Below, in pieces: positions 38,054 through 49,213 of a stretch of DNA of 64,000 nt. The DNA lies in the sequence record SRR31156797_4552; one strand, given 5' to 3'. A model generated the notes under the pieces. That model was given only the letters and a program-made list of their open reading frames with translations, made no database searches and had not been told where the DNA came from. The first letter of the stretch is position 1, and every line of letters begins with the position of its first letter. A program made the translations under genes and the position numbers.

Positions 38054-38826
38054 TCAGAATTATGGACCTTAAAGCCGGATACGCAGGTCGTGAGGTTTTG
38101 CACGGACTTAATCTGGAATTCTCAGCTGGTTCCATGACTGCCATCCTCGGCCCTAACGGTAGTGGCAAGACCACACTAGTTACTTCAATTTCTGGTGTGC
38201 TTTCACCTTTGGCTGGAAGAATTGAGATTGAAGGTCGAGAGGTTGATGCATATCGTCCCCGCGAACTTGCCGGGATAATGGCAGTGCTGCCGCAACGGGT
38301 GGACCCCGCCTTCGGGCTGACTGTGAAATCTATGGTTATGATGGGGCGTTATGCGCACGGTTCCGGTTTCTTCGGTTATGACGCCGATGATGAACGAATT
38401 GTCGCTGAAGCTATTGAACGGGTAGGGATTAACCATCTGGCTGAGCGTTCCGTTGCTGAACTTTCAGGCGGAGAATTTCAGCGGGTGCTTATGGCTCGCA
38501 CAGTGGCTCAGCAGGCCCGGATAATGGTGCTGGATGAAGCTTCGGCAGGAGTGGATGTTGCCGGGAAGATTGAGCTTTTTGATCTCCTGAAATCTATGAA
38601 CCGTAACGGGGCAACCATCGCTTGTGTTATCCATGACCTTAATCTGGCTGCCCTTTATTTTGACCGCTTGGTTTTTTTGTCCAAAGGTAATGTTGTGCTG
38701 GACGGTTCTCCGGTGGAAGTAATCACAGAGGAAAATATTTCAAATGTTTATGAAACTTCTGTTGCGGTTGTCGAACATCCGCGTCTCGGCGTTCCGCAGG
38801 TTCTTTTTTCTCCTGCTGCTGATTAG
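38050..38826 (+). CDS. Cobalamin/iron-chelate ABC transporter ATP-binding protein
   Basis: GPNGSGKT, LSGGEFQR, LDE, HDLNLA; ATGA overlap with the permease. Confidence 0.92.
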   Translation: MIRIMDLKAGYAGREVLHGLNLEFSAGSMTAILGPNGSGKTTLVTSISGVLSPLAGRIEIEGREVDAYRPRELAGIMAVLPQRVDPAFGLTVKSMVMMGRYAHGSGFFGYDADDERIVAEAIERVGINHLAERSVAELSGGEFQRVLMARTVAQQARIMVLDEASAGVDVAGKIELFDLLKSMNRNGATIACVIHDLNLAALYFDRLVFLSKGNVVLDGSPVEVITEENISNVYETSVAVVEHPRLGVPQVLFSPAAD

Positions 38827-39682
38827 TTTTGCAGGTACTTCGGCATCCGAGGGACAGGCTGCGGTTTCCATTACTGATGATTTTGGTAATGAGATAACTT
38901 TGCAGGATCCGGCTAAGCGTATCGTAGCCTTGTACGGATCATTCAATGAGATTTTGTACGCTATGGATCTCGGAGAGAGGTTGGTGGCCCGCACGGCTGC
39001 GGATCATTACCCGGAGCAGATAACAGCCTTACCATCAATTGGTACGCACATGCGGCCTAACCCGGAACTGATCGTGGCCCTTAAGCCTGATCTTGTCCTG
39101 CAGATGGCCGGGCGTTCTCAGGCGGCAACAGCTCTTGAGCCGCTCAAAACAAGAGGCATTCCCTGCGCCATGTTTAAGGTGTCCTCGTTTGAGGATATGT
39201 TTTCCATGGTTCGCAGGTTGGGTGTTGTTACCGGGGAACCGGAGTCGGCTGCTAATTTGATTGAGTCCATGAATGCGCGGCTGGATGCGGTGCTGCAAAA
39301 ATATGTAACCTCATCAGTGCTTCCGTCAGTCTTTTTTGAAATACGTTACCCCAATCTGCTGGCAGCAGGGCAGGGATCGATAGTTAATGACATTATCCTC
39401 CATGCCGGGGGTATTAATTGCGTCAGTAATTATAAAAAGATAGTGCGCATGGGCGAGGAAGAGTTGATGCGGATTAATCCGCAAACTTATGTTTATCAGA
39501 ACGGTCGTATGAATCCGTCGCCGGTCAAGCCTGATCAGCGCAGCCACTTCAAGCTTATTGATGCGGTGCGTAATAATAAAATTTTAAAGGTGGACGAGTC
39601 GGTTTTTTCCCGGCCAGGTCCCAGAAATGTGGAAGCCGTGGAGATTCTTGCGGACTTTCTGTTTAATAACAAAGAGAAGTAA
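38744..39682 (+). CDS. BtuF/FepB-type periplasmic binding protein (start uncertain; overlaps previous gene)
   Basis: ITDDFG...PAKRIVAL, PNPELIVALKPDLVL, SRPGPR. Confidence 0.88.
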   Translation: MFMKLLLRLSNIRVSAFRRFFFLLLLISFAGTSASEGQAAVSITDDFGNEITLQDPAKRIVALYGSFNEILYAMDLGERLVARTAADHYPEQITALPSIGTHMRPNPELIVALKPDLVLQMAGRSQAATALEPLKTRGIPCAMFKVSSFEDMFSMVRRLGVVTGEPESAANLIESMNARLDAVLQKYVTSSVLPSVFFEIRYPNLLAAGQGSIVNDIILHAGGINCVSNYKKIVRMGEEELMRINPQTYVYQNGRMNPSPVKPDQRSHFKLIDAVRNNKILKVDESVFSRPGPRNVEAVEILADFLFNNKEK

Positions 39683-40390
39683 ATGAGTAATTCTGGAAAA
39701 ATATATGGTATCGGGGTCGGCCCCGGTGATTCTGACCTGTTGACTGTGAGAGCGGTACGGGTACTTGAGAAAGTGGATGTGGTCTTTGCTGCTTCTTCCA
39801 CCAAGAATGAATATTCCCATTCCCTTGAAATTGCCTCAGAATTTGTGCGGGAAGATTGCGAAGTGGTTAAGCTTGGCTATCCCATGACCCGTGATAAGGA
39901 TGTATTGACCGAGGCTTGGGAAGAAAATTGCCGTATTGCCTGTGAGATGTTGAAGGGCGGTAAGACAGCGGCCTTTCTGACTCTTGGTGATCCTCTGATC
40001 TATTCCACTTTCGGTTACATGATGCAGACCATGAAACGGCTTTGTCCTGAGGTGGAATTCGAGGTTGTTCCCGGCATTACTTCCTATCAGGCCGCTGCAG
40101 CAAGATCGCAGCAGGTGCTGGTGGAATCCGGTCAGAATTTGTTGCTTACATCCGGTGTTGCTGATCCTGAGAAGTTTGCTGAGTCTTTAGGAATGGTGGA
40201 TAATGCCGTAATCCTCAAAGCTTATCGCAATTTTCCTGAACTCCGCAAGACAGTGAATAGGATTGATAAGATGGATGTTAAGTTCTACACCCGTCTGGGT
40301 CTGGAAGGTGAAGCTATTTATCTTGATATTAATGAGGTTCCGGAAAAAACGAACTATCTTTCACTTATGCTGATGACTGCTAAGAAGTAG
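39683..40390 (+). CDS. cbiL: Precorrin-2/cobalt-factor II C20-methyltransferase
   Basis: YGIGVGPGDSDLLT, YPMTRD, LTLGDPLIYSTF, VPGITS, YLSL. Confidence 0.9.
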   Translation: MSNSGKIYGIGVGPGDSDLLTVRAVRVLEKVDVVFAASSTKNEYSHSLEIASEFVREDCEVVKLGYPMTRDKDVLTEAWEENCRIACEMLKGGKTAAFLTLGDPLIYSTFGYMMQTMKRLCPEVEFEVVPGITSYQAAAARSQQVLVESGQNLLLTSGVADPEKFAESLGMVDNAVILKAYRNFPELRKTVNRIDKMDVKFYTRLGLEGEAIYLDINEVPEKTNYLSLMLMTAKK

Positions 40391-40410
40391 ATGAGAAGTT
40401 TTTCTAAAAG

Positions 40411-40448
40411 AAAGGCCGTGAATCTATAAGATTCACGGCCTTTTTTTT
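40411..40448. terminator. Bidirectional terminator
   Basis: AAAGGCCGTGAATCT-ata-AGATTCACGGCC followed by T8. Confidence 0.85.
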
Positions 40449-41397
40449 AACTTTTAATAATCGGTGTTCCTGTTTCATGAAGGTCTTTTTGCAGCAATTC
40501 GCGCATGCGTTTGCAGATGGGACCGGGGCGGACATCGTGAATGGGCTTTTTGTTGAAGCGCACAACGCCTACGGCATCAATGGATGTGCCGCAGATGATA
40601 ACTTCTTTTGCCAGCAGAATGTCTTCTTCGGATATGGCTCGGAAATCTACTTCAATCTCATCTTCAATGAGCTGAAGGGCGCGGGCAATGGTTGTACCTG
40701 CCAGTGAGTTGGTAAATTTTGGAGTGTACAGCTTGCCGTCAGGGCTTACAATGCAGACATTTTCAGTTGCTCCTTCAGCAAGAAAACTCAGGCTGTCAAA
40801 GCAGAAAGGAACGTCGAAACCTTCTTCCTTGGCATTGATCTTCATCATTACATTGGGAAGGTAGTCAATGGATTTGATTGTAGCCAGATAAGGCTGTTTT
40901 GCAGGTACCTTGCTCCTGAAAGCGGTAACGCCTTTTTCATACCATGATTCCGGTTTGGGGTCGTGCTTGTAGACTACGATGTACAAGGATGGGACCGGAC
41001 ATTCATAGGGGCTGATACCGAAACCTCCGGGGCCGCGTCCAAGAAGCACCCGGACCATACCGGAATCAACACCGGATGCTCCGGCTACTTCTAAAATGAT
41101 ATTACCCAGTTCGTCCCATGAGCAGGGCGGTTCCAGACTGATTGTACGTGCGGAACGTTTCATGCGGCGTAGGTGCGGTTCAAGCTGGTAAAGCTTGCCG
41201 TCTTCGAATTTCATGCTTTCAAAAACACCATCTCCGCGATGGACCAGATGGTCGTCCCAAGGCATGAGCATGAGTTTGGGGTCTGTACAGACCAATCCGA
41301 TGCGGTGCTCGTAAAAAGCGCAAATTTTCTCAGTTCCCGCGCGCATGGCGGAAAGCATTGCATCAATATATTCGTTGCTGTCTACTTTTCTAATCAA
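40447..41397 (-). CDS. PLP fold-IV aminotransferase (D-amino-acid transaminase / ADC-lyase / BCAT family)
   Basis: DDHLVHRGDGVFE, HLRR, IKSIDYL (PLP Lys), EGATEN, LAGTT. Confidence 0.85.
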   Translation of the reverse strand: MIRKVDSNEYIDAMLSAMRAGTEKICAFYEHRIGLVCTDPKLMLMPWDDHLVHRGDGVFESMKFEDGKLYQLEPHLRRMKRSARTISLEPPCSWDELGNIILEVAGASGVDSGMVRVLLGRGPGGFGISPYECPVPSLYIVVYKHDPKPESWYEKGVTAFRSKVPAKQPYLATIKSIDYLPNVMMKINAKEEGFDVPFCFDSLSFLAEGATENVCIVSPDGKLYTPKFTNSLAGTTIARALQLIEDEIEVDFRAISEEDILLAKEVIICGTSIDAVGVVRFNKKPIHDVRPGPICKRMRELLQKDLHETGTPIIKS

Positions 41398-41532
41398 TTC
41401 CGGACTCCATAAATTTATTTAAACCCCATCAGGGAGCATAGCCGCCATAAACTTCGGGAATTCATCTTTCGCGAAGCCGGGATACATTACCGCCAAAGGC
41501 AGGGCTTTCGCAAGTGGGAATACAGAATAAAT

Positions 41533-41568
41533 AAAGCGGTGAAGCTGTTTTGAGCTTCACCGCTTTTT
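41533..41568 (-). terminator. Terminator after asd
   Basis: AAAGCGGTGAAGCT...AGCTTCACCGCTTT. Confidence 0.8.
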
Positions 41569-41588
41569 AAAATTATTTGGTAGTTGCT

Positions 41589-42620
41589 TTACTGTTTCAC
41601 ACGAACCAGATCGCGCTCAATCAGAGTCTCAGCAATCTGTACGGTGTTAAGTGCAGCACCTTTGCGGATGTTGTCGGAAACGATCCACATGTTCAGGCCG
41701 TTTTCAATGGTTTCGTCTTCGCGGATACGGCCAACGAAAACATCGTCTTCGCCTGCGCAGTCGATAGCCATGGGGTAGAGGTTTTTCTCAGGGTAATCCA
41801 CAACGGTTATACCGGGGAAGCTGGAAAGCATGTTACGGCATTCCTCAACAGTAACTTTTTCCTCGGTCTCGATGTTTACGGACTCGGAATGGCTGTAGAA
41901 GACGGGCACGCGCACGGTGGTAGCGGTGAGCTTGATGGAATCGTCGCCCATGATTTTTTTAGTCTCGTTGACCATCTTCATTTCTTCTTTGGTGTAGCCG
42001 TTATCCATGAAAACATCGATGTGCGGCAGGCAGTTGAAGGCGATCTGGTGCGGGTAGGCACTGGGGACCACGTCCTTGCCGTTGAAAAGTCTGCTGACCT
42101 GAGTTTCCAGTTCGGTGATGGCTTTCTGGCCGGTACCGGATACAGCCTGATAGGTGGAAACAATGATACGCTTGATCTTTGCTGCATCGTGAATGGGCTT
42201 CAGCGCAACCACCATCTGAATTGTGGAACAGTTAGGGTTGGCAATGATGCCGGGATGCCAGTCAAGGTCTTCGGGGTTCACTTCGGGAACAACGAGGGGG
42301 ACTTTAGGGTCCATTCTCCAAGCACTGGAGTTATCCACAACTACGCAGCCTGCTTTGGCAGCAAGAGGAGCGAATTTTTCGGAGGTACCGCCGCCTGCGG
42401 AAAAAAGAGCAATGTCGAATCCTTCAAAGGAATCTTCTTTCAGCTCAATAACGGTCAGCTCTTCGCCTTTATAGGGAACCTTGGTTCCGGCGGAACGGGC
42501 GGAAGAAAAAGGAACAATTTCAGATGCGGGGAAGTCGCGCTGCTCAAGCACTTTGAGCATTTCACGTCCAACCGCGCCTGTGGCCCCTACAACAGCAACT
42601 CTGGGATTCTTGGTACTCAT
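41589..42620 (-). CDS. asd: Aspartate-semialdehyde dehydrogenase
   Basis: VGATGAVG, DNSSAWRM, ANPNCST, YQAVSG, RVPVFYSH, DNIRKGAA. Confidence 0.96.
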   Translation of the reverse strand: MSTKNPRVAVVGATGAVGREMLKVLEQRDFPASEIVPFSSARSAGTKVPYKGEELTVIELKEDSFEGFDIALFSAGGGTSEKFAPLAAKAGCVVVDNSSAWRMDPKVPLVVPEVNPEDLDWHPGIIANPNCSTIQMVVALKPIHDAAKIKRIIVSTYQAVSGTGQKAITELETQVSRLFNGKDVVPSAYPHQIAFNCLPHIDVFMDNGYTKEEMKMVNETKKIMGDDSIKLTATTVRVPVFYSHSESVNIETEEKVTVEECRNMLSSFPGITVVDYPEKNLYPMAIDCAGEDDVFVGRIREDETIENGLNMWIVSDNIRKGAALNTVQIAETLIERDLVRVKQ

Positions 42621-42712
42621 AGCTAAACTCCGTATTCTTGACCCGGACCATCGGCAGTCCGGTTTATTTGTTAATCACTTTCGGCAAAGGAAAATGCCGT
42701 TCGACAGCCGTA

Positions 42713-43585
42713 TTAAAATTTTAATGCCTGACCGATTTCAAGGCAGGCTTTAGCTCTGTTCAAGGTATAAAGGTGAACTCCGGGTGCGCCGCCGTCCAGC
42801 AGTTCTTGTGCCTGCTTGGTGGCGAATTCAATACCCAATTTGTATACTGCTTCATCGCCGCCCTCAACGTGGGCCTTTTCCAGCGCGCTGAGGAATTTAC
42901 CGGGAATAGCTGCTCCGCACAGGGAAAGGATGAACTTTGCAGACTTGAGACTCATGATGGGCAGTACTCCGGGTAGTACAGGGACATCAATGCCCATGCC
43001 TTTGAGTCTGTCGCAGAAATCAAAGTAGACCCGGTTGTCGAAAAAGAGCTGGGTGATAATAAATTCTCCGCCCTCATTGATCTTGTACTTCATCCATTTG
43101 AAATCTTCCTTAATGGAAGGTGATTCAAGATGTGCTTCCGGGTACCCGGCTACAGCAATACCTACGCCGGGATGTTTGTCTTTAACGTAAGTAACGAGAT
43201 CGGAGCCGTGCTTGAAGGTCTGGGTGTTGAAATCGAAGTCCTTGTCATCAGCAGGTGCATCACCGCGCAGAGCTAGGATGTTTTCGACGTCCGCATTTTG
43301 AAGAGCGGAAACAAATTCACTGATATTTTCAGGGCTGGCACCGACACAGGTCAGGTGTGCGAGAGGCTCAACCCCTGCATCCTGCTTCATTCTTTTAACA
43401 ATTTCAAGTGAATTGTCCTGTGTCCCGCCACCTGCACCGTAAGTAACCGAAGCAAACAGGGGATTCAGCACTTTGAGTTTTTCTACAACATCAAAGAATT
43501 TAGGCCACGACTCACGGTCTTTTGGCGGGAAGAATTCCAGAGAGATGAACTGTCCGTTTTTATTGATCAAATCGATAATCTTCAT
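42713..43585 (-). CDS. metF: 5,10-methylenetetrahydrofolate reductase
   Basis: SLEFFPPK, SVTYGAGG, AHLTC, LALRGD, YPEAH, TQLFFD, HLYTLN. Confidence 0.95.
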   Translation of the reverse strand: MKIIDLINKNGQFISLEFFPPKDRESWPKFFDVVEKLKVLNPLFASVTYGAGGGTQDNSLEIVKRMKQDAGVEPLAHLTCVGASPENISEFVSALQNADVENILALRGDAPADDKDFDFNTQTFKHGSDLVTYVKDKHPGVGIAVAGYPEAHLESPSIKEDFKWMKYKINEGGEFIITQLFFDNRVYFDFCDRLKGMGIDVPVLPGVLPIMSLKSAKFILSLCGAAIPGKFLSALEKAHVEGGDEAVYKLGIEFATKQAQELLDGGAPGVHLYTLNRAKACLEIGQALKF

Positions 43586-43598
43586 GGTGGTCTCCTGT

Positions 43599-43684
43599 AT
43601 GTCTTCGGCGGCCCTTCGGGGACCAGAGAAACTTTTGGAAAAGTTTCTCTGGACTCATCAAAACTTTTTGGCGGGGCTACGCCG
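43599..43684 (+). repeat. Intergenic palindromic REP/MITE-like element, copy B
   Basis: ATGTCTTCGGCGGCCCTTC...CCAGAGAAACTTTT-gg-AAAAGTTTCTCTGG-ACTCATCAAAACT...GGCTACGCCG. Confidence 0.75.
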
Positions 43685-43715
43685 TTTTATAAGGCAGATT
43701 GTGCGGGGAGGGATC

Positions 43716-44120
43716 TTATTTATTAAGTTCCCGTTCTTTCAGCATTTCTAGGATTTCGTAGTTGACGGGCAGGAATTTTACGTCGCGTATGTTGGTTAAA
43801 TCAAACCAATCAAAGCGTTGATTTTCAAGTGATGTCACTTGACCTGAAAATTCCCAGATGTCGAAAAAATTTAAGTGTACTGTATATTCCGGGTACTCTA
43901 CAGTCTTTTCCATCCAGAAGTCAAAGTTTGTAGGAGTTATACCCAACTCTTCCTGTAGTTCGCGTACCAGCGCATCACCCATGGATTCATTTATTTCAAC
44001 TTTGCCGCCAGGAAATTCCCACCAGCCTGCATAATCTTTACCTACTGGGCGTTCTGCAGAAATAAAGAGTCCATTTTTCCAGATAACACCAGCAACTACT
44101 TCAATTGGTTTTTTGTTCAT
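43716..44120 (-). CDS. mutT: MutT-like NUDIX hydrolase
   Basis: WEFPGGKVE...ALVRELQEELG Nudix box; TAATG coupling to the ABC-F gene. Confidence 0.85.
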   Translation of the reverse strand: MNKKPIEVVAGVIWKNGLFISAERPVGKDYAGWWEFPGGKVEINESMGDALVRELQEELGITPTNFDFWMEKTVEYPEYTVHLNFFDIWEFSGQVTSLENQRFDWFDLTNIRDVKFLPVNYEILEMLKERELNK

Positions 44121-46114
44121 TAACCTTCTTCCAAAAGTTGCTTCTTGCGTTCTTCCAGTTCGGTGATTTCTTCTTCGAGTACTGCCATTTTTTCCATCAG
44201 TTCATCGGCCCATGCGCAGGTTTCGGTGTAGCGGGAGTTGAGTTCAACCGCTGCTGCGCCGTCGTTGTATAGCGCGGGATCATTGAGTTGAGCTTCCATT
44301 TCAGCCTGATCTTCAAGGGTTTTCTCAAGGTCTTTTTCGAGTTTTTCATACTCGGCTGTCTTGGGCTTGAGCTCCTTGTACAGGGCATTGCGGATTTCAG
44401 CCTGTTTGCGCTTGTCTTCCTTGCTCAATTTTCGTTTGGCTGGTTTGTAGCTGTCACTGGAATCACCGGAATCGGATCGGGATGCAGATGCTGCAAGTTT
44501 TTCTTTGCGATGATTGTCGTATTCACCAAAAGAAAAAAATGTTTCGATTCCCGAATCTGTTAAGGACCAGATTTCGTCAGCCACTTCACCAAGCAGGTAA
44601 CGGTCATGCGCTACAAAGAAAAGCGTGCCGTCATAATCTTTTAAAGCCCGGATCAAACCTTCGCGACTTTCAAGGTCCAGATGGTTTGTAGGTTCGTCAA
44701 GAATGAGCAGGTTAGCACGTGAAAGGAAAAGTGATGCGAGGATCAGCCTGTTCTTTTCGCCACCGGAAAGTGCGGAAACCTTGCGCTCGAAATATCCTTC
44801 GCCAAGCAGGAATAGGCCTAGCACACTTTTGAGTTGTTCTTCGGTGGTGTCTGGGTCGCAGAGACGGCGGATTTCAGAAAGCGCAGTGGCTTCGTCACGA
44901 AGAATGTCACTTTGATGCTGGCTGAAGTAGGCCAGAGATGTGTTCTGACCGACCTTGGCAAAGCCTGCGTTGGGTTTAAGTGTGCCCATGATGACCTTGA
45001 GCAGGGTGGATTTACCCGCACCGTTGGGCGCGGCAAGTGCTACCTTTTTGCCCCGGAAAAGTTGGAAATTGAGCAGGGGCCAGATGGACGGCGGTTTCCC
45101 GTCATAGGAAAATTCAAGGTCAACAATGCTGATGGCGGCCTTGTCGCCTCGGGAGGTCGGCGGGAGACGAAAGCTCAGGGTTCTGCCGGAACGGTTTAGT
45201 TCGGCTTCTCCCTTAATCTTGTTTAGCTCCTTGGACATCTTCTCCACTTTCTTGATTTTAGACTGGGCCTGCGCGGCCTTACGGGCCTTGACCCGAAAGC
45301 GGTTGATGTACGAGTTCTCGGCCTCAATGCGTGCGGAAAGTTTGGCGGCTTCGCGGCTGCGTTGCTCTGCGTTCTCTGCCTGCCATTTGAGAAATTCGGT
45401 GAAATTACCACGTCTGACTTGGGGGCGGCCGGAACCGAGAAAAAGCACATGGGTACCGACTTTATCCAGAAAAATACGGTCATGGGCCACGTAGATAACT
45501 GCTCCACGGAATGAGAGAAGGTAGCTTTCCAGCCATTCCACTGCTTCAAGATCAAGGTGGTTGGTTGGTTCGTCCAAGAGGAGCAGGTCCGCACCTTGTA
45601 GCAGAACACGGCCCAGCTTGGCGCGTTCACGCCAGCCACCGGAAAGTTCTTTGATCTTGCTGAGCAGGTCATGTTCGGAAAAACCCAGCCCGGTCAGGAT
45701 GGTGCGGGCTTTGTGTTCCGGGTTGTATCCGAACTGATGTTCAAGCTCAGCTTGCTTTTCAGAAAGTCTTTCCATGAGCGCCTGATCATTTTTCTGTCCG
45801 GCTTCCTCCCATTGCTCCCAGAGTTTGTTCCAAGATGGCAGGGCGGAAAGTACCCAGCTGAGCAGGTTGTGCTCAAGGATTTCCCCGGTTAATTCCTGTG
45901 CCACATAGCCGAGGCGCGCGCCCTTAGAGATGGACAGTATACCTGCATCCGGTTCGATTTTTCCGGCAATGAGCTTTAGCAGGGTGGATTTACCGCAACC
46001 GTTCGGTCCTGCTACGGCAAGGCGCATCCCAGCACTGACTTCAAATGAAAGGTCGCTGAAAAGGTCTTCCCCGTTATAGGATTTTTCAAGGGATGAAATA
46101 GTAATTCTGGGCAT
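44120..46114 (-). CDS. ABC-F family ribosome-associated ATPase
   Basis: Two ABC domains (GPNGCGKS/LSGGW/DEPTNHLD; APNGAGKS/LSGGE/DEPTNHLD), linker, C-terminal coiled coil, no TM. Confidence 0.92.
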   Translation of the reverse strand: MPRITISSLEKSYNGEDLFSDLSFEVSAGMRLAVAGPNGCGKSTLLKLIAGKIEPDAGILSISKGARLGYVAQELTGEILEHNLLSWVLSALPSWNKLWEQWEEAGQKNDQALMERLSEKQAELEHQFGYNPEHKARTILTGLGFSEHDLLSKIKELSGGWRERAKLGRVLLQGADLLLLDEPTNHLDLEAVEWLESYLLSFRGAVIYVAHDRIFLDKVGTHVLFLGSGRPQVRRGNFTEFLKWQAENAEQRSREAAKLSARIEAENSYINRFRVKARKAAQAQSKIKKVEKMSKELNKIKGEAELNRSGRTLSFRLPPTSRGDKAAISIVDLEFSYDGKPPSIWPLLNFQLFRGKKVALAAPNGAGKSTLLKVIMGTLKPNAGFAKVGQNTSLAYFSQHQSDILRDEATALSEIRRLCDPDTTEEQLKSVLGLFLLGEGYFERKVSALSGGEKNRLILASLFLSRANLLILDEPTNHLDLESREGLIRALKDYDGTLFFVAHDRYLLGEVADEIWSLTDSGIETFFSFGEYDNHRKEKLAASASRSDSGDSSDSYKPAKRKLSKEDKRKQAEIRNALYKELKPKTAEYEKLEKDLEKTLEDQAEMEAQLNDPALYNDGAAAVELNSRYTETCAWADELMEKMAVLEEEITELEERKKQLLEEG

Positions 46115-46356
46115 CAGGTCTCCGGTTTAGGGCTATCGCCCTCACAAAAAGGCAGAAAATTAAATGAAATCTTTTATATAGATACGCGAAGCGCATGAAA
46201 AGTTGCGTCAGGCGATCATAAACTGAGTAAGCACGCCAAATTATATGTTCAAGCCGCAGATTGCAAGGGTAAATGGGCGTGTCAGGACGTTAATCAGTAA
46301 ATATGATTCAGGAATAAAGTTTTGACCGTGCTCGTGGTAAAAGTTATGCCCGAATC

Positions 46357-46632
46357 ATGAGCACATGGTACGTATATTTGCTGCGTTGCAGCGACAATTC
46401 TCTCTATTGTGGAGTTACTACCGATCCTGAGCGCAGGCTGGAAGAGCATAATTCCGGCAAGGGCGCGAAGTACACCCGTTGCCGGTTGCCTGTTGAATTT
46501 GAAGCATACGAAGCCTTCCCGGATAAACGGGCTGCTTATCGCGCTGAATATGCTGTTAAGCAGAAACGGGCGGGGCAGAAGGTTGGGTTTCTTAAAGAGC
46601 TAGCAATTCAAGAAATAGAAGAGCCGTCTTAG
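46357..46632 (+). CDS. Small GIY-YIG nuclease-family protein
   Basis: WYVYLLRCSDNSLYCGVTTDPERRLEEHNSGKGAKYTR. Confidence 0.9.
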   Translation: MSTWYVYLLRCSDNSLYCGVTTDPERRLEEHNSGKGAKYTRCRLPVEFEAYEAFPDKRAAYRAEYAVKQKRAGQKVGFLKELAIQEIEEPS

Positions 46633-46640
46633 TGCGCTAA

Positions 46641-46687
46641 TTGCGAAGCAAATTAAAAAGTTCCCCTTTCCCAGCCGCCGGAGGCAT
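46641..46687 (-). repeat. Internally deleted REP-like element, copy C
   Basis: Minus strand ATGCCTCCGGCGGC-TGGGAAAGGGGAACTTTTT-AATTTGCTTCGCAA; first 14 nt identical to copy A. Confidence 0.65.
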
Positions 46688-47379
46688 TACAAATACGTCC
46701 CCGGTTCTTTACACATCTCATCAAATTTCTGAAAAAAATCTCCAAAATGCTTGCCGTCCATCAGGCCGTGTAAGGCCTCAACAGCTACGGGCATGATCTT
46801 TCTGCCGGCCACATTTTCAGTGATATGACCGAACAGGATTCGTGGCACTGAGTCTGTATTGCAGTTCCCCCAAGGGTTGCTGGCAGAGGTGAAGGCCACG
46901 CCGTTGACCACGCTGAAATAGAACAGATTGGGCTTTTCGCCACCTGCGGGGGTGAGGGTCGGCTTTTCGTCTGCGGACTGACGAGCAACTTCGATGTTGG
47001 CGGCGGTTTCATTAAAATCTTCGCCGAGACGGCAGAGGCAGTTGGCGTGCAGGCTGCGTCCTTTGGGGATGTAGGTGAATGCCGGATGGATTACATCGTA
47101 GATGGCTGGTTTACCTTCCACAATGCGGGTGCGGAATTCCGGAACATCGTTTGCCGCACGGGTTGCCAGATAATAAAGAATGGATGAGAAGCGGATTTTA
47201 GTGGACCCGTTGTTCTGCTCTTTGCGGTAATTGAAAAGATCCGTCACATCCTGTTGCACGGTGAAGCCGTATCGGCTGGTGCACAGGGATTGAAAAAAGG
47301 TAAAGTGTTCGGCCCGTTCCCATGTCTCCATATCCAGAAATTCCAGTTTGCTTTCAGTCAGCAGAGCTTTGTTTGTCAT
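46687..47379 (-). CDS. CatA-like (type A chloramphenicol acetyltransferase family) O-acetyltransferase
   Basis: WERAEHF.FF, N.VPEFR.R, VPRILFG, HGLMDG.H (HxxxDG). Confidence 0.8.
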   Translation of the reverse strand: MTNKALLTESKLEFLDMETWERAEHFTFFQSLCTSRYGFTVQQDVTDLFNYRKEQNNGSTKIRFSSILYYLATRAANDVPEFRTRIVEGKPAIYDVIHPAFTYIPKGRSLHANCLCRLGEDFNETAANIEVARQSADEKPTLTPAGGEKPNLFYFSVVNGVAFTSASNPWGNCNTDSVPRILFGHITENVAGRKIMPVAVEALHGLMDGKHFGDFFQKFDEMCKEPGTYL

Positions 47380-47475
47380 AAGTTTTCTCGTATATATTTT
47401 GAAGTTTTTAAATCGATTTTGGGCCAGCTATAACGAAAGAAGGGGTGGTCCGTAAATAGTTCATTACTTATCTAA

Positions 47476-49203
<1,728 letters not shown>

Positions 49204-49213
49204 GATTAAGATT

